A stretch of 64,000 nucleotides of DNA from Oligoflexales bacterium. Lineage in GTDB: Bacteria; Bdellovibrionota_B; Oligoflexia; Oligoflexales; JAPPIL01. Below, one piece after another: positions 38,581-48,605 of this stretch. A model generated the notes under the pieces. That model made no database searches. It was not told the DNA's origin and saw only the letters and a program-made list of their open reading frames with translations. The DNA lies in contig OZ244057.1 in NCBI GenBank assembly GCA_965215515.1, forward strand, positions 1,312,001-1,376,000. The letters are read 5' to 3'. A program made the translations under genes and the position numbers. Positions within the stretch are counted from its first letter, which is position 1, and every line of letters begins with the position of its first letter.

Positions 38581-39198
38581 GTGTTGCGCAGGCTCATGGT
38601 CACGTGTTTACTCCCGTCCGCATTCGCCGCCTGCCAGACAACCCCGCTCGTATACTTGCCTTCCAGCTTACAGCAAAAATTTTTCGGTGCGTGCGGTCAT
38701 GAAGGCAGTGTTTCCTTCAAGTTGTCACGTAATGCGAACTATCTCTTTTCGGGTTTCATCGACTGGGATACGGCGAAGGGTCTGCACCTCAACGACATTA
38801 TGGGTAGCACCCTCGCCCTGCTCAAACGAAGCAGCCAGGCGGATATTCAGTTACCGAACTCCATTATCAGAGTGAAAGTGGATGATGCAGGGCGAATTGT
38901 GGTCGGCGATGCCTTCACTGGCCTGTACCTGGGCGAATTGTACTGTCTGCTGGGCGGACGCGTGCCGCTGGCCTGGCACCAGGATGAAGTGACGAGCGCA
39001 GGACGCGATTATCTGCTGACAACCAGTGACTACGAACGGAGAATAATCACTACGGTAGGGGTACAGCGTTTTAAAGCGAAGTTGACACGCCGTATATGGT
39101 GGTTATTCTCGGCTGGCGAACTGGTAATCGGTAGCTATCGGCGACAGACAGGTTATCTGGCAGGGCGGGGTTTTCGGTTGCATTGGCAACAACAGTAA
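38581..39198 (+). CDS. Lipoprotein, possibly LolB-like
   Basis: Lipobox FAAC; beta-rich; follows the TPR gene; start uncertain (38533 or 38596 possible). Confidence 0.55.
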   Translation: MLRRLMVTCLLPSAFAACQTTPLVYLPSSLQQKFFGACGHEGSVSFKLSRNANYLFSGFIDWDTAKGLHLNDIMGSTLALLKRSSQADIQLPNSIIRVKVDDAGRIVVGDAFTGLYLGELYCLLGGRVPLAWHQDEVTSAGRDYLLTTSDYERRIITTVGVQRFKAKLTRRIWWLFSAGELVIGSYRRQTGYLAGRGFRLHWQQQ

Positions 39199-40250
39199 AC
39201 AAACGCATAGTTTTGACGGGCGGTGGCACGGCAGGACACGTCATTCCTCATCTAGCCCTGTTGCCGTATTTGCAAGCACGGCGGTGGCAGGCAACTTACG
39301 TCGGCTCGACGCATGGCATCGAAAAACAACTCGCCGCTGCCGCGGGTATACCCTTCTGCGCGATCGCCAGCGGTAAGCTGCGGCGCTATTTTTCCCTCCG
39401 CAATGTCAGCGATGTGTTCAAGGTGTGCCTCGGTATCTGGCAAGCACTGTGGCTCTTGCTGTGGCTCAGACCTAAACTGGTGCTCAGCAAAGGCGGTTAT
39501 GTCAGTGTGCCTGTGGTAATCGCCGCCGCACTGTTGCGCATCAGGATCGTCACCCACGAGTCGGATTTGTCCCCAGGTTTGGCCACAAAAATTATCGCAC
39601 GCTTTGCTACGGAAGTATGGACAGCTTTCGACGAGACACAGATCGGAACACACAAAGCACAGCATGTCGGGATTCCTCTCCGCGACGAGCTGCATACGGG
39701 TGACGCGGCACGAGGACGGCAGTTGTGCGGATTCAAGACAGGGCGGCGTACGTTGCTGATTATGGGCGGCAGTCTCGGCTCACAACGGATCAACGATGTC
39801 GTAGCCAGCATCGCCGCGGAACTGGTGCGCGACTATCAGATAATTCACATTATCGGGGCGGGCAACCAACCCTCATTGACGCATTCGCGCTATCAGGTGT
39901 TTCCCTTTGTCAACCAGGATTTCACCCATCTACTGAGTTTGGCTGACGTGGTGATCAGCCGCGCAGGGGCGAATTCTATTTTTGAATTTCTGAAATTGTG
40001 CAAGCCGATGCTGCTTATCCCCCTCGCCGCGGGCAGTCGTGGCGACCAAATTGAAAATGCGGCCTATTTTGCACGCCAGGGTTTCGCCCACGTGCTGGCT
40101 GAGAAAGACTTGAGTGGGGCGAAGTTGCTGACTGCCATCACTGCACTTGAGCGTGCCGCCGCAGGCATCAAGGCTAAACAGCGCGAGTATCGCCTGCACG
40201 CAGACAACGCGGCGATTGTGACACGCCTGGAACGAGTACTGGCACGGTGA
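39183..40250 (+). CDS. murG: Undecaprenyldiphospho-muramoylpentapeptide beta-N-acetylglucosaminyltransferase
   Basis: GGGTAGHV, KGGYVSVP, HESD, GGSLGS, SRAGAN and DQIENA motifs. Confidence 0.95.
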   Translation: MATTVNKRIVLTGGGTAGHVIPHLALLPYLQARRWQATYVGSTHGIEKQLAAAAGIPFCAIASGKLRRYFSLRNVSDVFKVCLGIWQALWLLLWLRPKLVLSKGGYVSVPVVIAAALLRIRIVTHESDLSPGLATKIIARFATEVWTAFDETQIGTHKAQHVGIPLRDELHTGDAARGRQLCGFKTGRRTLLIMGGSLGSQRINDVVASIAAELVRDYQIIHIIGAGNQPSLTHSRYQVFPFVNQDFTHLLSLADVVISRAGANSIFEFLKLCKPMLLIPLAAGSRGDQIENAAYFARQGFAHVLAEKDLSGAKLLTAITALERAAAGIKAKQREYRLHADNAAIVTRLERVLAR

Positions 40251-40867
40251 AAATAACGATAGTAGACCACTACGACAGTTTCACACACAACATCGATGCC
40301 TGGCTTCGCACAGTTGCACCACAAGTGCGGACTGAAATCGTTGCCTACGATGACCACCGTGCGTTATCCGCCTTACGGCGTGCGCCGTGTCCTCTGATAT
40401 TGTCGGCAGGGCCACATTCCCCACAGGAGGCGCGGCCGACACACGACTTGCTGACCGCTTGTTACGGCAAAGTCGCGGTGCTCGGTATCTGCCTCGGTTT
40501 TCAAATTATCTGCGCCTGGCTGGGGTTGATGGTGCGGCACTCCCGCAATCCCCAGCACGGCAGACGACGCACGATTTACCGCTGTATGCAGGGGGGGGTG
40601 TTGGCTGATTTGCCCCTGACCTTCAGTGCTGCCGCCTACAATTCGCTGGCAGTGCCACGTCCAGCAACTGTGCCACCCCGCTGGCATGCCAGTGCAGTCA
40701 GTGCTGAAGACGAACTGCAGGCAATCGAGTCGCGGGGACGCGTGCCGATCTGTGGATTGCAGTTTCACCCTGAATCGTTCCTCGATCGCTACAGCACTCC
40801 CCTGTTACAGCGTTGGCTATGTCTGGCTGCCGCACCGCCCGACAACACGACGCATCCCCGCGGCTAG
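40247..40867 (+). CDS. Aminodeoxychorismate/anthranilate synthase component II (class I glutamine amidotransferase)
   Basis: DHYDSFTHN, LGICLG and GLQFHPES motifs. Confidence 0.88.
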   Translation: MKITIVDHYDSFTHNIDAWLRTVAPQVRTEIVAYDDHRALSALRRAPCPLILSAGPHSPQEARPTHDLLTACYGKVAVLGICLGFQIICAWLGLMVRHSRNPQHGRRRTIYRCMQGGVLADLPLTFSAAAYNSLAVPRPATVPPRWHASAVSAEDELQAIESRGRVPICGLQFHPESFLDRYSTPLLQRWLCLAAAPPDNTTHPRG

Positions 40868-42235
40868 GACAGGCAAAATCAGCAGCAGCCACAGCATGCG
40901 GGGGAATGACGAGGCATGCGCAGCAAGCGTGCCACAGCGACTGAGGTGTTTCTTGGCATCGAAGACCTCCCCCGCCGCCTCCTCTGCGTTGTTATCGTCA
41001 GGCAAGTCGAGGTTAGTTTCGGCAACTGCGAAGTTGAGAGCACTGAATTGATCGATGACGGGGCACACAACCTCGGAGTCCGCCCCCGCGGCGAGCAGCA
41101 ACTTCGCCATCTGTTCACCGTGCCCATGTTTTCCCTGTCGTGCGTAGTATAAGGCTGTCTTGCCATAACGGTCGCACGAGTCGATATCGAGACTGTTATC
41201 CTGCGACAACTCGTTAACCGCCTCCAGGTTTCCCTCTCTGACGGCGGCGATAAGAGGGAAGCGTGGCAAACAACCTTCCGTGCTCTCTTCCACTTTGTAA
41301 TCGGTGGGGCAGGAATCGAGTGGCATACCCTCGTGTGCTTGCAGGTATAACCATTTGATCGCCTCTTCGTCGTCAGTGGTAAGGACAAGGTCTCCGTCAC
41401 GCAAACCGACAATACTGGCAACCCCCATGATAGAATTGGGTTGTTCGCCCACCGTAAACTCCGAACCGCCTGTGCTTTGATTCACGCCTTTCCGATTGCT
41501 TTGCACGCTTTTATCCCGCTCCACATAAACATCGCTGAGGCCGAAAGCGTGTCCTACTTCGTGCAGCAACGTCGTCAGCATAAACATGTGCTCATCCGAC
41601 ATTTTGTCGTCGGGAAAAATTTCCCTCTGATCCCTCTCGGCGACTGGCCTGCAGTTCATGTCATCGTTGGGGGAACAGTCTGTGCCAGGCTTACGGTAGT
41701 GGAACATAAACACCTGCGGGACTGCGGCAAGCCACACGAAAGAACGCGGATAGGTGTCCCGCCCGACGGGCATCTTTCCCCCTTCGTGCATGCAGTTGAA
41801 GGTAACGCTGAGCAGCGCATCGCCACCCTGTTCACGTGCAACCTCTTGTGTGGCCCCCACACTGAGCAGAAGGTTGTGCGTGACAGGCACGGTATTCTTG
41901 CGCACCAAGTCGAACCTATCCACGATACCAGCATGGGTGGCACGCAAAGGCTGCAACCATAAGCGCAGTACCGCGCGCATGCTTTCCTTGAGTTGCTGCT
42001 CAAAATCATCTGTGTCGTCAACCACGCTACGGCAGCGGTCGTTGTCGGAAAAACCGTAGTGAATTACCCAAGACGATCGCTGCACAGCGTTAATGAGATA
42101 CCAGGCAGGAATTTTGTGTGCGCGAAAACCGTGATGGGTTATGAACTTAGCCCGACCGACATTGCCATACTCACTGCAAGACAACCCCGCGCCAAGCAAT
42201 AAGGGTGCTAAAAGCAGGTATCTGCACACCACCAC
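40817..42235 (-). CDS. Metzincin-like metallopeptidase + ankyrin, with C-terminal TM anchor
   Basis: Lipobox GLSC, HEVGHAFGLSD, NSIM, GKTALYYA...LLAAGAD; paralog of 33738-34835. Confidence 0.8.
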   Translation of the reverse strand: MVVCRYLLLAPLLLGAGLSCSEYGNVGRAKFITHHGFRAHKIPAWYLINAVQRSSWVIHYGFSDNDRCRSVVDDTDDFEQQLKESMRAVLRLWLQPLRATHAGIVDRFDLVRKNTVPVTHNLLLSVGATQEVAREQGGDALLSVTFNCMHEGGKMPVGRDTYPRSFVWLAAVPQVFMFHYRKPGTDCSPNDDMNCRPVAERDQREIFPDDKMSDEHMFMLTTLLHEVGHAFGLSDVYVERDKSVQSNRKGVNQSTGGSEFTVGEQPNSIMGVASIVGLRDGDLVLTTDDEEAIKWLYLQAHEGMPLDSCPTDYKVEESTEGCLPRFPLIAAVREGNLEAVNELSQDNSLDIDSCDRYGKTALYYARQGKHGHGEQMAKLLLAAGADSEVVCPVIDQFSALNFAVAETNLDLPDDNNAEEAAGEVFDAKKHLSRCGTLAAHASSFPRMLWLLLILPVLAAGMRRVVGRCGSQT

Positions 42236-42316
42236 CTCCCGAACCTCCCCGTAGCGTAACCATCGGTAAAATAAGGTGAATAGTTTAGTATTTTTTAAGT
42301 GACAAATTACGGAAAT

Positions 42317-43912
42317 TTAGCTGGAGCTAGCTGCGTCACCCAGCATAATCTCCTGACTGCTGTCGACGATGTAGCTGATGGCTACGTCGTCGGTGACATC
42401 GATGATTTGCAGTGCGCCGATCTCCTGTGCTGCGTCGTATTTTGCCTGTAATAAGCCACCCCTGAACGCTCCACTTTTGAAAATTTTCAACACCTGATCT
42501 TTGCTGAAGTCGTTGCCGACATCTCCGACTAGGAAGGCAATATCACCCATCGCTCCCACCCGCTGTCCGTTATGGGTAAAGCTGATGATTTTCCCGCGGG
42601 CATTGCCACCTTCTGTCCCTGTCAGCGGGACTTTGCGAGACCGTGCCCGATATTCGACCACGAGGTCGCCCACCCGTGCCAGCGACACGGAGCTGAACAC
42701 TTGTGCCTGTGCGATTCCCTTATCACCAGTAAAATCCTCAACTCTGATATTAGCAATAAAATCATAGCGATAGCCGTGATGTCGCAGGCCGTTAGACACT
42801 GACCCTCGATAGCGCAGCAGGGTGTAGACACGACCGCTCTCCAGTTCAGCCCCGCGCACGAAGCCGTAACGATCGTCCTGAATGCCATGTGCTTCGTCCT
42901 TACCGCCGACGATCTCTCCCACGGCTGCGATCTTTTCGGGCAGAATTAGGGCAGGCAGCTGCACCAGGGTTGCTTCGGCGACGACAGCGACGAAATCACG
43001 AAACAGTTCTCGTACCTCTGGTGGTACGACGATATCTTCGGGATTTAGCAACTCCAGATCCGATTCATCGTCGTCTTTGAACAGCTTCTCGGTCTCCTCC
43101 GCGACCAGTTCTTCGCTGGCCAGGTTTCCTTCGGGGGCGAGCTCCTCCAGCCCCACAATACCGATTGCGGGAGGGCGACTGGCATCGCCAGGGAAAAACT
43201 GCAACACGAAGTCAGGATAGACGAAGTGCGGGTTTTTGATCTTGTCGTTCATAGCCCATAACTTAGGCCAGTAAGCCGCTTCCGCGAGCAGTTGTGCGCA
43301 AATATCGTATAGCGTGTCTCCCAACTCGATGCGGTATTCGGCAGGTGCCTCTCCGCTGGCTAAATTTTTCAGCGTCCCTGGCAGGGGCGGTGCACCCGAA
43401 AATTCGTTCGGTGGCGGCACACCTTCGGCATCAGCCGCCGCGACATCGTATGTGCCCTCCGCCGCACTGGTGTTGTCTGTGGCGAACACAGCCTCATCAT
43501 CTGCCGCGGCAAACTCGTCGCCTTCGTTCAGCAGCTGTGTGTCGGGATCATCAAATTGTCCGTTATCCGCCTGTTGGTCTTGATCACCGAACTGTTGGTC
43601 TTGATCACCGAACTGTTGGTCTTGATCACTGAACTGCTGGTCTTGATCACCGAACTGTTGGTCTTGGTCGCCGAACTGTTGGTCTTGATCACCGAACTGT
43701 TGGTTTTCGCCCTCTATCTGCTGGTCGTTGAGACTTTCCTCGTCGTCTAGTTCCTGTACGTCGATCGCTTGTTGATTTTCGGCGAGGTCGGTGGCGTTAT
43801 CCGCTAGTATTTCCTGTTCCTCCCCAAGATCTTCGTCCTGCACTGCGGCGAGATTGGAGGCACAGGCGTGGTTCAACAGCGCCCAGAGCAGCGAGATGAT
43901 GAAAGTGCGCAT
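42317..43912 (-). CDS. LysM peptidoglycan-binding protein with acidic repeat N-terminus
   Basis: YRIELGDTLYDI...WPKLWAMNDKIKNPHFVYP; lipoprotein-like signal. Confidence 0.85.
   Translation of the reverse strand: MRTFIISLLWALLNHACASNLAAVQDEDLGEEQEILADNATDLAENQQAIDVQELDDEESLNDQQIEGENQQFGDQDQQFGDQDQQFGDQDQQFSDQDQQFGDQDQQFGDQDQQADNGQFDDPDTQLLNEGDEFAAADDEAVFATDNTSAAEGTYDVAAADAEGVPPPNEFSGAPPLPGTLKNLASGEAPAEYRIELGDTLYDICAQLLAEAAYWPKLWAMNDKIKNPHFVYPDFVLQFFPGDASRPPAIGIVGLEELAPEGNLASEELVAEETEKLFKDDDESDLELLNPEDIVVPPEVRELFRDFVAVVAEATLVQLPALILPEKIAAVGEIVGGKDEAHGIQDDRYGFVRGAELESGRVYTLLRYRGSVSNGLRHHGYRYDFIANIRVEDFTGDKGIAQAQVFSSVSLARVGDLVVEYRARSRKVPLTGTEGGNARGKIISFTHNGQRVGAMGDIAFLVGDVGNDFSKDQVLKIFKSGAFRGGLLQAKYDAAQEIGALQIIDVTDDVAISYIVDSSQEIMLGDAASSS
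43571..43704. repeat. 21-bp coding tandem repeat (FGDQDQQ x6 plus partial)
   Basis: CTGTTGGTCTTGATCACCGAA units. Confidence 0.92.
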
Positions 43913-43951
43913 CGCGTCGTTCCTCAGACCCAAATTTACCTACCTATATCA

Positions 43952-44968
43952 CTATTTTAGCATGCTCGGTGCTCGGAAATAATTGGAAAACACTGCCCAG
44001 CCCAGATCCTTGCCTGTCTGTCCTGCCAGCCACTGGTGGTAGCCGAGGGCAGCTATCATCGCAGCGTTGTCGGTGCAGAAGCGTGCGGCGGGAAACAGCA
44101 CACGCTGTGTGCTGAAACGTGCCGAGAGCAGGGTGCGCAGGCGTTGATTGGCAGCTACTCCTCCTGCGACGATGATGTTCTGGGTGTGCGGGGGCAGGTG
44201 GTGGGCGATACCGTCCACCAGTTGGCGTAGGGCTTCTTCCTGAAAGGCGTAACACAGGTCGGCGGTCTCCTGTTCGCTCAGTTTACCTCCCGCTTTGCGC
44301 CAGAGATTGACCACGTGTGTCTTCAGCCCTGCGTAGCTGAAGTTGCTTGCTCCACGCATGACTCGGGGCATGGGATAATGTCCTGCTCGTCCTTGCGCCG
44401 CGGCTTGCTCGAGACGCGGCCCGCCAGGCCAGCCCAAGCCTAGCACTCTGGCAATTTTATCGAAGGCTTCGCCGCACGCGTCGTCGCAGGCGTAGGCGAC
44501 GAGTTGAAAATCTAGCACTCCTCGCATGTGATAGAGGTTGGTATGTCCTCCCGACACGATCAGAGCCAGGCAGGGCAACAGCTGCTGAATTTTTTCGTCG
44601 ATGCCTAGCAAAGCACCGAACAGGTGGGCATGCACGTGATTGACGGGCAGCAGCGGTTTGCCCGTCGCCACCGCCAAGCCTTTGGCGAAAGAGGCTCCGA
44701 CGAGCAGCGACCCGACTAGACCAGGGCCTTGCGTCACGGCGATGGCATCCAGATCCTGCCGTCGTAATCCCGCTGTGTGCAGCGCTTCCTGCGCCAGCGT
44801 TGCGATCTGCGACAGGTGTGTTCTTGCCGCCAGTTCTGGTACAACCCCCCCGTAATCGGCGTGCAGCTGTGTCTGCGCGCTGAGGTGCTCCGCCAATACC
44901 TGCTGCCCATCGGCCACTACTGCCGCGGCACTGTCGTCACAGCTGCTCTCAATTCCCAAAACCAGCAC
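43952..44968 (-). CDS. tsaD: tRNA N6-adenosine threonylcarbamoyltransferase
   Basis: GIESSCDD, GGVVPELAAR, NHVHAH, SGGHT, GEAFDK and CTDNAAMI motifs. Confidence 0.96.
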   Translation of the reverse strand: MLVLGIESSCDDSAAAVVADGQQVLAEHLSAQTQLHADYGGVVPELAARTHLSQIATLAQEALHTAGLRRQDLDAIAVTQGPGLVGSLLVGASFAKGLAVATGKPLLPVNHVHAHLFGALLGIDEKIQQLLPCLALIVSGGHTNLYHMRGVLDFQLVAYACDDACGEAFDKIARVLGLGWPGGPRLEQAAAQGRAGHYPMPRVMRGASNFSYAGLKTHVVNLWRKAGGKLSEQETADLCYAFQEEALRQLVDGIAHHLPPHTQNIIVAGGVAANQRLRTLLSARFSTQRVLFPAARFCTDNAAMIAALGYHQWLAGQTGKDLGWAVFSNYFRAPSMLK

Positions 44969-44983
44969 GCACAGTCCTACCGT

Positions 44984-46705
44984 CTATGGTCGGTGCGTGG
45001 TTTTTCGATACCAACGCACGAAATCTTTGCCGTCGAAAGCTAGCAAACCGCCCGCTTCTTCATCCTCCACGGAGCTGGTGGGCATGTCTTGTGCGGCAAG
45101 AAACTGAACGAGGCGGTCGATCTCTTGCCTGTCGTAGTGAGGATAGTAAAAAATTTTGATGGTAAAGTCTGCGGTGATGTCTGCCACCGTTTGGTAAACA
45201 TGATCGAGGTTGGTGATGACATGCACGATGCGTCCTGTGAGGCTCTGCATCTGGGGCGGTACGGAGGGAGCTATGGGTGTACGTGAAAAAACCACATCCT
45301 GCCAAACGGTATTGGTTCTGATAAAATTTCCCGTCCGCACGAAGCTACTATCGGGCAGGCTAAAAAAGCGTGTCGCTTCTTGGCTGCGCACGTAGCCGAA
45401 GATAACGGTGGCTAGCAGTGACAGTACGGTGGTCGTGTAAATCGGTCTTCGTTTGAGGCGTAACAGAGGGCGGGCAGGGTTAACACGCACCACCATGTAA
45501 GTTAGGGTAACGAACAGTACCGACAGGGCAAGACTGAATTTCAGTGCCGACAGCAGGTGATCCCACGAGTGGTAGACAAAAAACAACGCGTGTAGCAAGC
45601 AGGGGGTGAACAGCAGCAGGTAGCAGTTTGCGGCTTGGTAGCCACCCTCGGTCGCGTTTTGCCTTCGCAGGCATAAGCGCACGGCACAGTAGAAGGTGAA
45701 GTAGAGCAACGCCACCCCGCTCACACCGTAGCCCAGTTCAGGCCAGTGGAACATGCCGCTGGTCAGCGCTTCCATCCACAGGGTGAAGGTAGGAATATCG
45801 AGTCCCATGCGTGAGACGAGCTTTGTTCCCAGCATGCGGAACGAGCTGAAGTGCTGCACTTGGTATAGCCAAAAGGCGAGGGCGAGCAGTGAGGGGAGAA
45901 AAAAACCTCCACTGCTGCACAGAAACCTCCTACCTGTGAGCAGACTGCGAGGAAAAGCGATTTTGCCTTCGGCAAGTCTTAGCAGATAGACGACTGCAAC
46001 GAAAAACACGAACAACCAGTCGGTCAGTGTGCCGTAGAAAGCCAGCAAAGCCTGTGCCGTTCGTGTTCTCCAGCTAACTGGACGGTCTTGTCGCCTCTGT
46101 TCCAGCAGAACGTACAGAGCGCAGGGCAGCAGCACCGCCTGATCGAAAGAATAGATCAGGTTGAACCAATAAAGGCTGTGGGCGTTGCTGTACTGCACGA
46201 TGGCGGGCGTGCATGCCATCACGGTAGCGTTGAGTTCATCGCAGCCCGTACGACGCAACATGAGATAGACGATTGCCGCGAGCACCAGTACCAACAACAG
46301 GTGGTAGGCGTGGTTGTAGGAGATAATCAGGCGTAACTGCAGGGCGCGGTCGCGGCGCAGATCGGGTGCGAACAGTGCCAATGTCTCGATCATAACGTAG
46401 AGGGGAATGACCGCCCCTGGTGGGTAAGAACCGTAGTAGACGCGTTGGGCGAATGTCTGTGCTTCGATGGCGTGTGGTGTGTGGAAGAGGGCGAAGCGCA
46501 GACGCAGCGGATTTTCGTGCAGCCAGTTGTTGACGTGAATCAGGGCGTGTGCGGTCAGCCATTCGTACATGCTAGCACACCCGACGCATATCTTTAGTGA
46601 GTCCACCGAGTAGGTTGGCTGCGACCATGGGTAGCGTGCTTGCGCGCTATTGACGTACAGGCAGAGGGTGACGGTGATAATGACGAGAGCACTGCGTGCA
46701 CGCAT
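44984..46705 (-). CDS. Polytopic membrane protein, possible GT-C glycosyltransferase
   Basis: >10 hydrophobic segments, YYGSYPPG loop; TAATG overlap with glnS stop. Confidence 0.65.
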   Translation of the reverse strand: MRARSALVIITVTLCLYVNSAQARYPWSQPTYSVDSLKICVGCASMYEWLTAHALIHVNNWLHENPLRLRFALFHTPHAIEAQTFAQRVYYGSYPPGAVIPLYVMIETLALFAPDLRRDRALQLRLIISYNHAYHLLLVLVLAAIVYLMLRRTGCDELNATVMACTPAIVQYSNAHSLYWFNLIYSFDQAVLLPCALYVLLEQRRQDRPVSWRTRTAQALLAFYGTLTDWLFVFFVAVVYLLRLAEGKIAFPRSLLTGRRFLCSSGGFFLPSLLALAFWLYQVQHFSSFRMLGTKLVSRMGLDIPTFTLWMEALTSGMFHWPELGYGVSGVALLYFTFYCAVRLCLRRQNATEGGYQAANCYLLLFTPCLLHALFFVYHSWDHLLSALKFSLALSVLFVTLTYMVVRVNPARPLLRLKRRPIYTTTVLSLLATVIFGYVRSQEATRFFSLPDSSFVRTGNFIRTNTVWQDVVFSRTPIAPSVPPQMQSLTGRIVHVITNLDHVYQTVADITADFTIKIFYYPHYDRQEIDRLVQFLAAQDMPTSSVEDEEAGGLLAFDGKDFVRWYRKTTHRP

Positions 46706-48387
46706 TACAGGGTGCTGGGGGTAGATGATTGTTGGGCGATTTTCGCCCAACTGTCGCGCAGGGTGACGGTACGGTTAAGCACGGGGGCGGAGGGGCAGGA
46801 GTCGGTATCGGGGTAGAAGTACCCGCAGCGTTCCAGCTGCCATACCTGAGGGGTGGTGAAGAGCCGCGGCTCGACTTGGGCGTTGTCGAGTACGGTAAGC
46901 GAGTGCGGGTTGAGGGGTGGCTCGTCGTCTTTGCTCCAACTCGGTGCGCACAGAAGGCGGTCGTAAAGTCGCACTTCGCAGCGTTGTGCGTCACAGGCGG
47001 CGATCCAGTGCACGATTCCTTTCACCTTCTCGCCATCGGCAGGTGGCTTGCCGTGTGCACTAGCGGGGTCGTAGGTGCAGTGTAGGGCAACGATGTCGCC
47101 CGCGGCATTACGTACCGCTTCGTGGCAGGTGATGACAAAAGCGTAGCGCAAACGGACGCGTCGCCCTGGTGCGAGACGAAAAAATTTGCGGGGCGGTTCC
47201 TCCCTGAAATCGCCGCGCTCGATGAAGATAGGAGTTGTGAAGGTGAGGGTGCGCGTGCCGAAACTTTCGTCTTGGGGGTGGTTGGGAACGGTGAGGGACA
47301 GGGGGTCTTGGCTCGTGAAGTTGGTGATGATCACGGGCAGGGGGTCGAGCACTCCCATGGTACGGGGGGCACGGCGGTTAAGGTCTTTGCGCAGTTCGTC
47401 TTCCAGTACGGAGAAGTCGATGTTGCTTTCTTTTTTGGTGACTCCGATACGGCGGCAGAAGTTTTGCAGTGCTACTGCGGTGTACCCGCGCCGTCGCAGT
47501 CCTGAAACAGTCGGTAAGCGTGGGTCATCCCAGCCCTGTACTTTGCCGCGGCTGACGAGATTGTTGAGGCGACGTTTGCTGGTAACGGTGTAGTTCAGCA
47601 CCAAGCGGGCGAATTCGATTTGTTGGGGATGCGGGGGGGGACGCAGGGTTTGCACGAACCAGTCATAGAGGACGCGATTATCTTGAAATTCTAGGGTACA
47701 GAGCGAGTGGGTAATTTTCTCCTCCGCATCGCACAGACAGTGGGTGAAGTCGTATAGGGGATATACGTTCCAACGGTCTCCTGTGCGAGGGTGGGGAATT
47801 TTTTTGATACGGTAGATGGTCGGGTCGCGCAGGCTGATATTGGGTGAGGACATGTCGATTTTGGCGCGCAGCACCATCTGGCCTTCGTCGTAGTGTCCCT
47901 CTTGCATCGCGTGAAATAGGTGCAGGCTTTCGGTCGCAGGGCGGTTGCGCCACGGGCTGTCACGACCAGGGGTGGTGAGTGTGCCACGGTAATCTTTGCT
48001 CTGTTGCGGGGTAAGTTCACAGACGTAGGCTTTGCCCATTTCGATCAGGCGGCAGGCATCATCGAACAGTTGCGGGAAACAGTCCGAGGCATAGGTGATG
48101 GCATCCCAGCGGTAACCGAGCCACTGCACGTCCTGTTTGATGGCTGCGATATAGCGGGCGTATTCTTTTGCGGGATTAGTGTCATCAAAGCGCAGGTAAC
48201 ACTTGCCGTCGAACTCTTGTGCGATCTCAAAACCGAGGACGATCGCCTTGACGTGTCCGATATGCAGATAGCCGCTCGGTTCGGGCGGAAAACGGGTCGC
48301 CACACCTGCGACCTTGCCGCAGGCGAGATCGGCCGCGACGATGCGACGGATAAAATCTTGTGGAGCGGAGGGTGAGGGCAGGGTCAT
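46705..48387 (-). CDS. glnS: Glutamine--tRNA ligase
   Basis: TRFPPEPSGYLHIGH, ITHSLCTLEF, TSKR and GWDDPRLPT motifs. Confidence 0.96.
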   Translation of the reverse strand: MTLPSPSAPQDFIRRIVAADLACGKVAGVATRFPPEPSGYLHIGHVKAIVLGFEIAQEFDGKCYLRFDDTNPAKEYARYIAAIKQDVQWLGYRWDAITYASDCFPQLFDDACRLIEMGKAYVCELTPQQSKDYRGTLTTPGRDSPWRNRPATESLHLFHAMQEGHYDEGQMVLRAKIDMSSPNISLRDPTIYRIKKIPHPRTGDRWNVYPLYDFTHCLCDAEEKITHSLCTLEFQDNRVLYDWFVQTLRPPPHPQQIEFARLVLNYTVTSKRRLNNLVSRGKVQGWDDPRLPTVSGLRRRGYTAVALQNFCRRIGVTKKESNIDFSVLEDELRKDLNRRAPRTMGVLDPLPVIITNFTSQDPLSLTVPNHPQDESFGTRTLTFTTPIFIERGDFREEPPRKFFRLAPGRRVRLRYAFVITCHEAVRNAAGDIVALHCTYDPASAHGKPPADGEKVKGIVHWIAACDAQRCEVRLYDRLLCAPSWSKDDEPPLNPHSLTVLDNAQVEPRLFTTPQVWQLERCGYFYPDTDSCPSAPVLNRTVTLRDSWAKIAQQSSTPSTL

Positions 48388-48549
48388 AAAACTACCTCAC
48401 AATCGTTTATGCCACGCACGTCCTCGGTGACAGCATCCTTGGGGGGATTGTATAGTCCTAGCTCAGTCTCGTAAAGAACGGATACAAAAAACGGCGCTCA
48501 ACGAGATGCGCGGGTGTCGATTGCCGAGAAGTTTCCCCGACAACTTTTT

Positions 48550-48558
48550 TGCTATAAT
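48550..48558 (+). promoter_or_regulatory. Extended -10 promoter for coaE
   Basis: TGCTATAAT ~48 nt upstream of start. Confidence 0.5.
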
Positions 48559-48605
48559 TACCGTATGCCTGTGCTTTAGACTGGCCTGCCGCTGCGGAGC
48601 AACCC

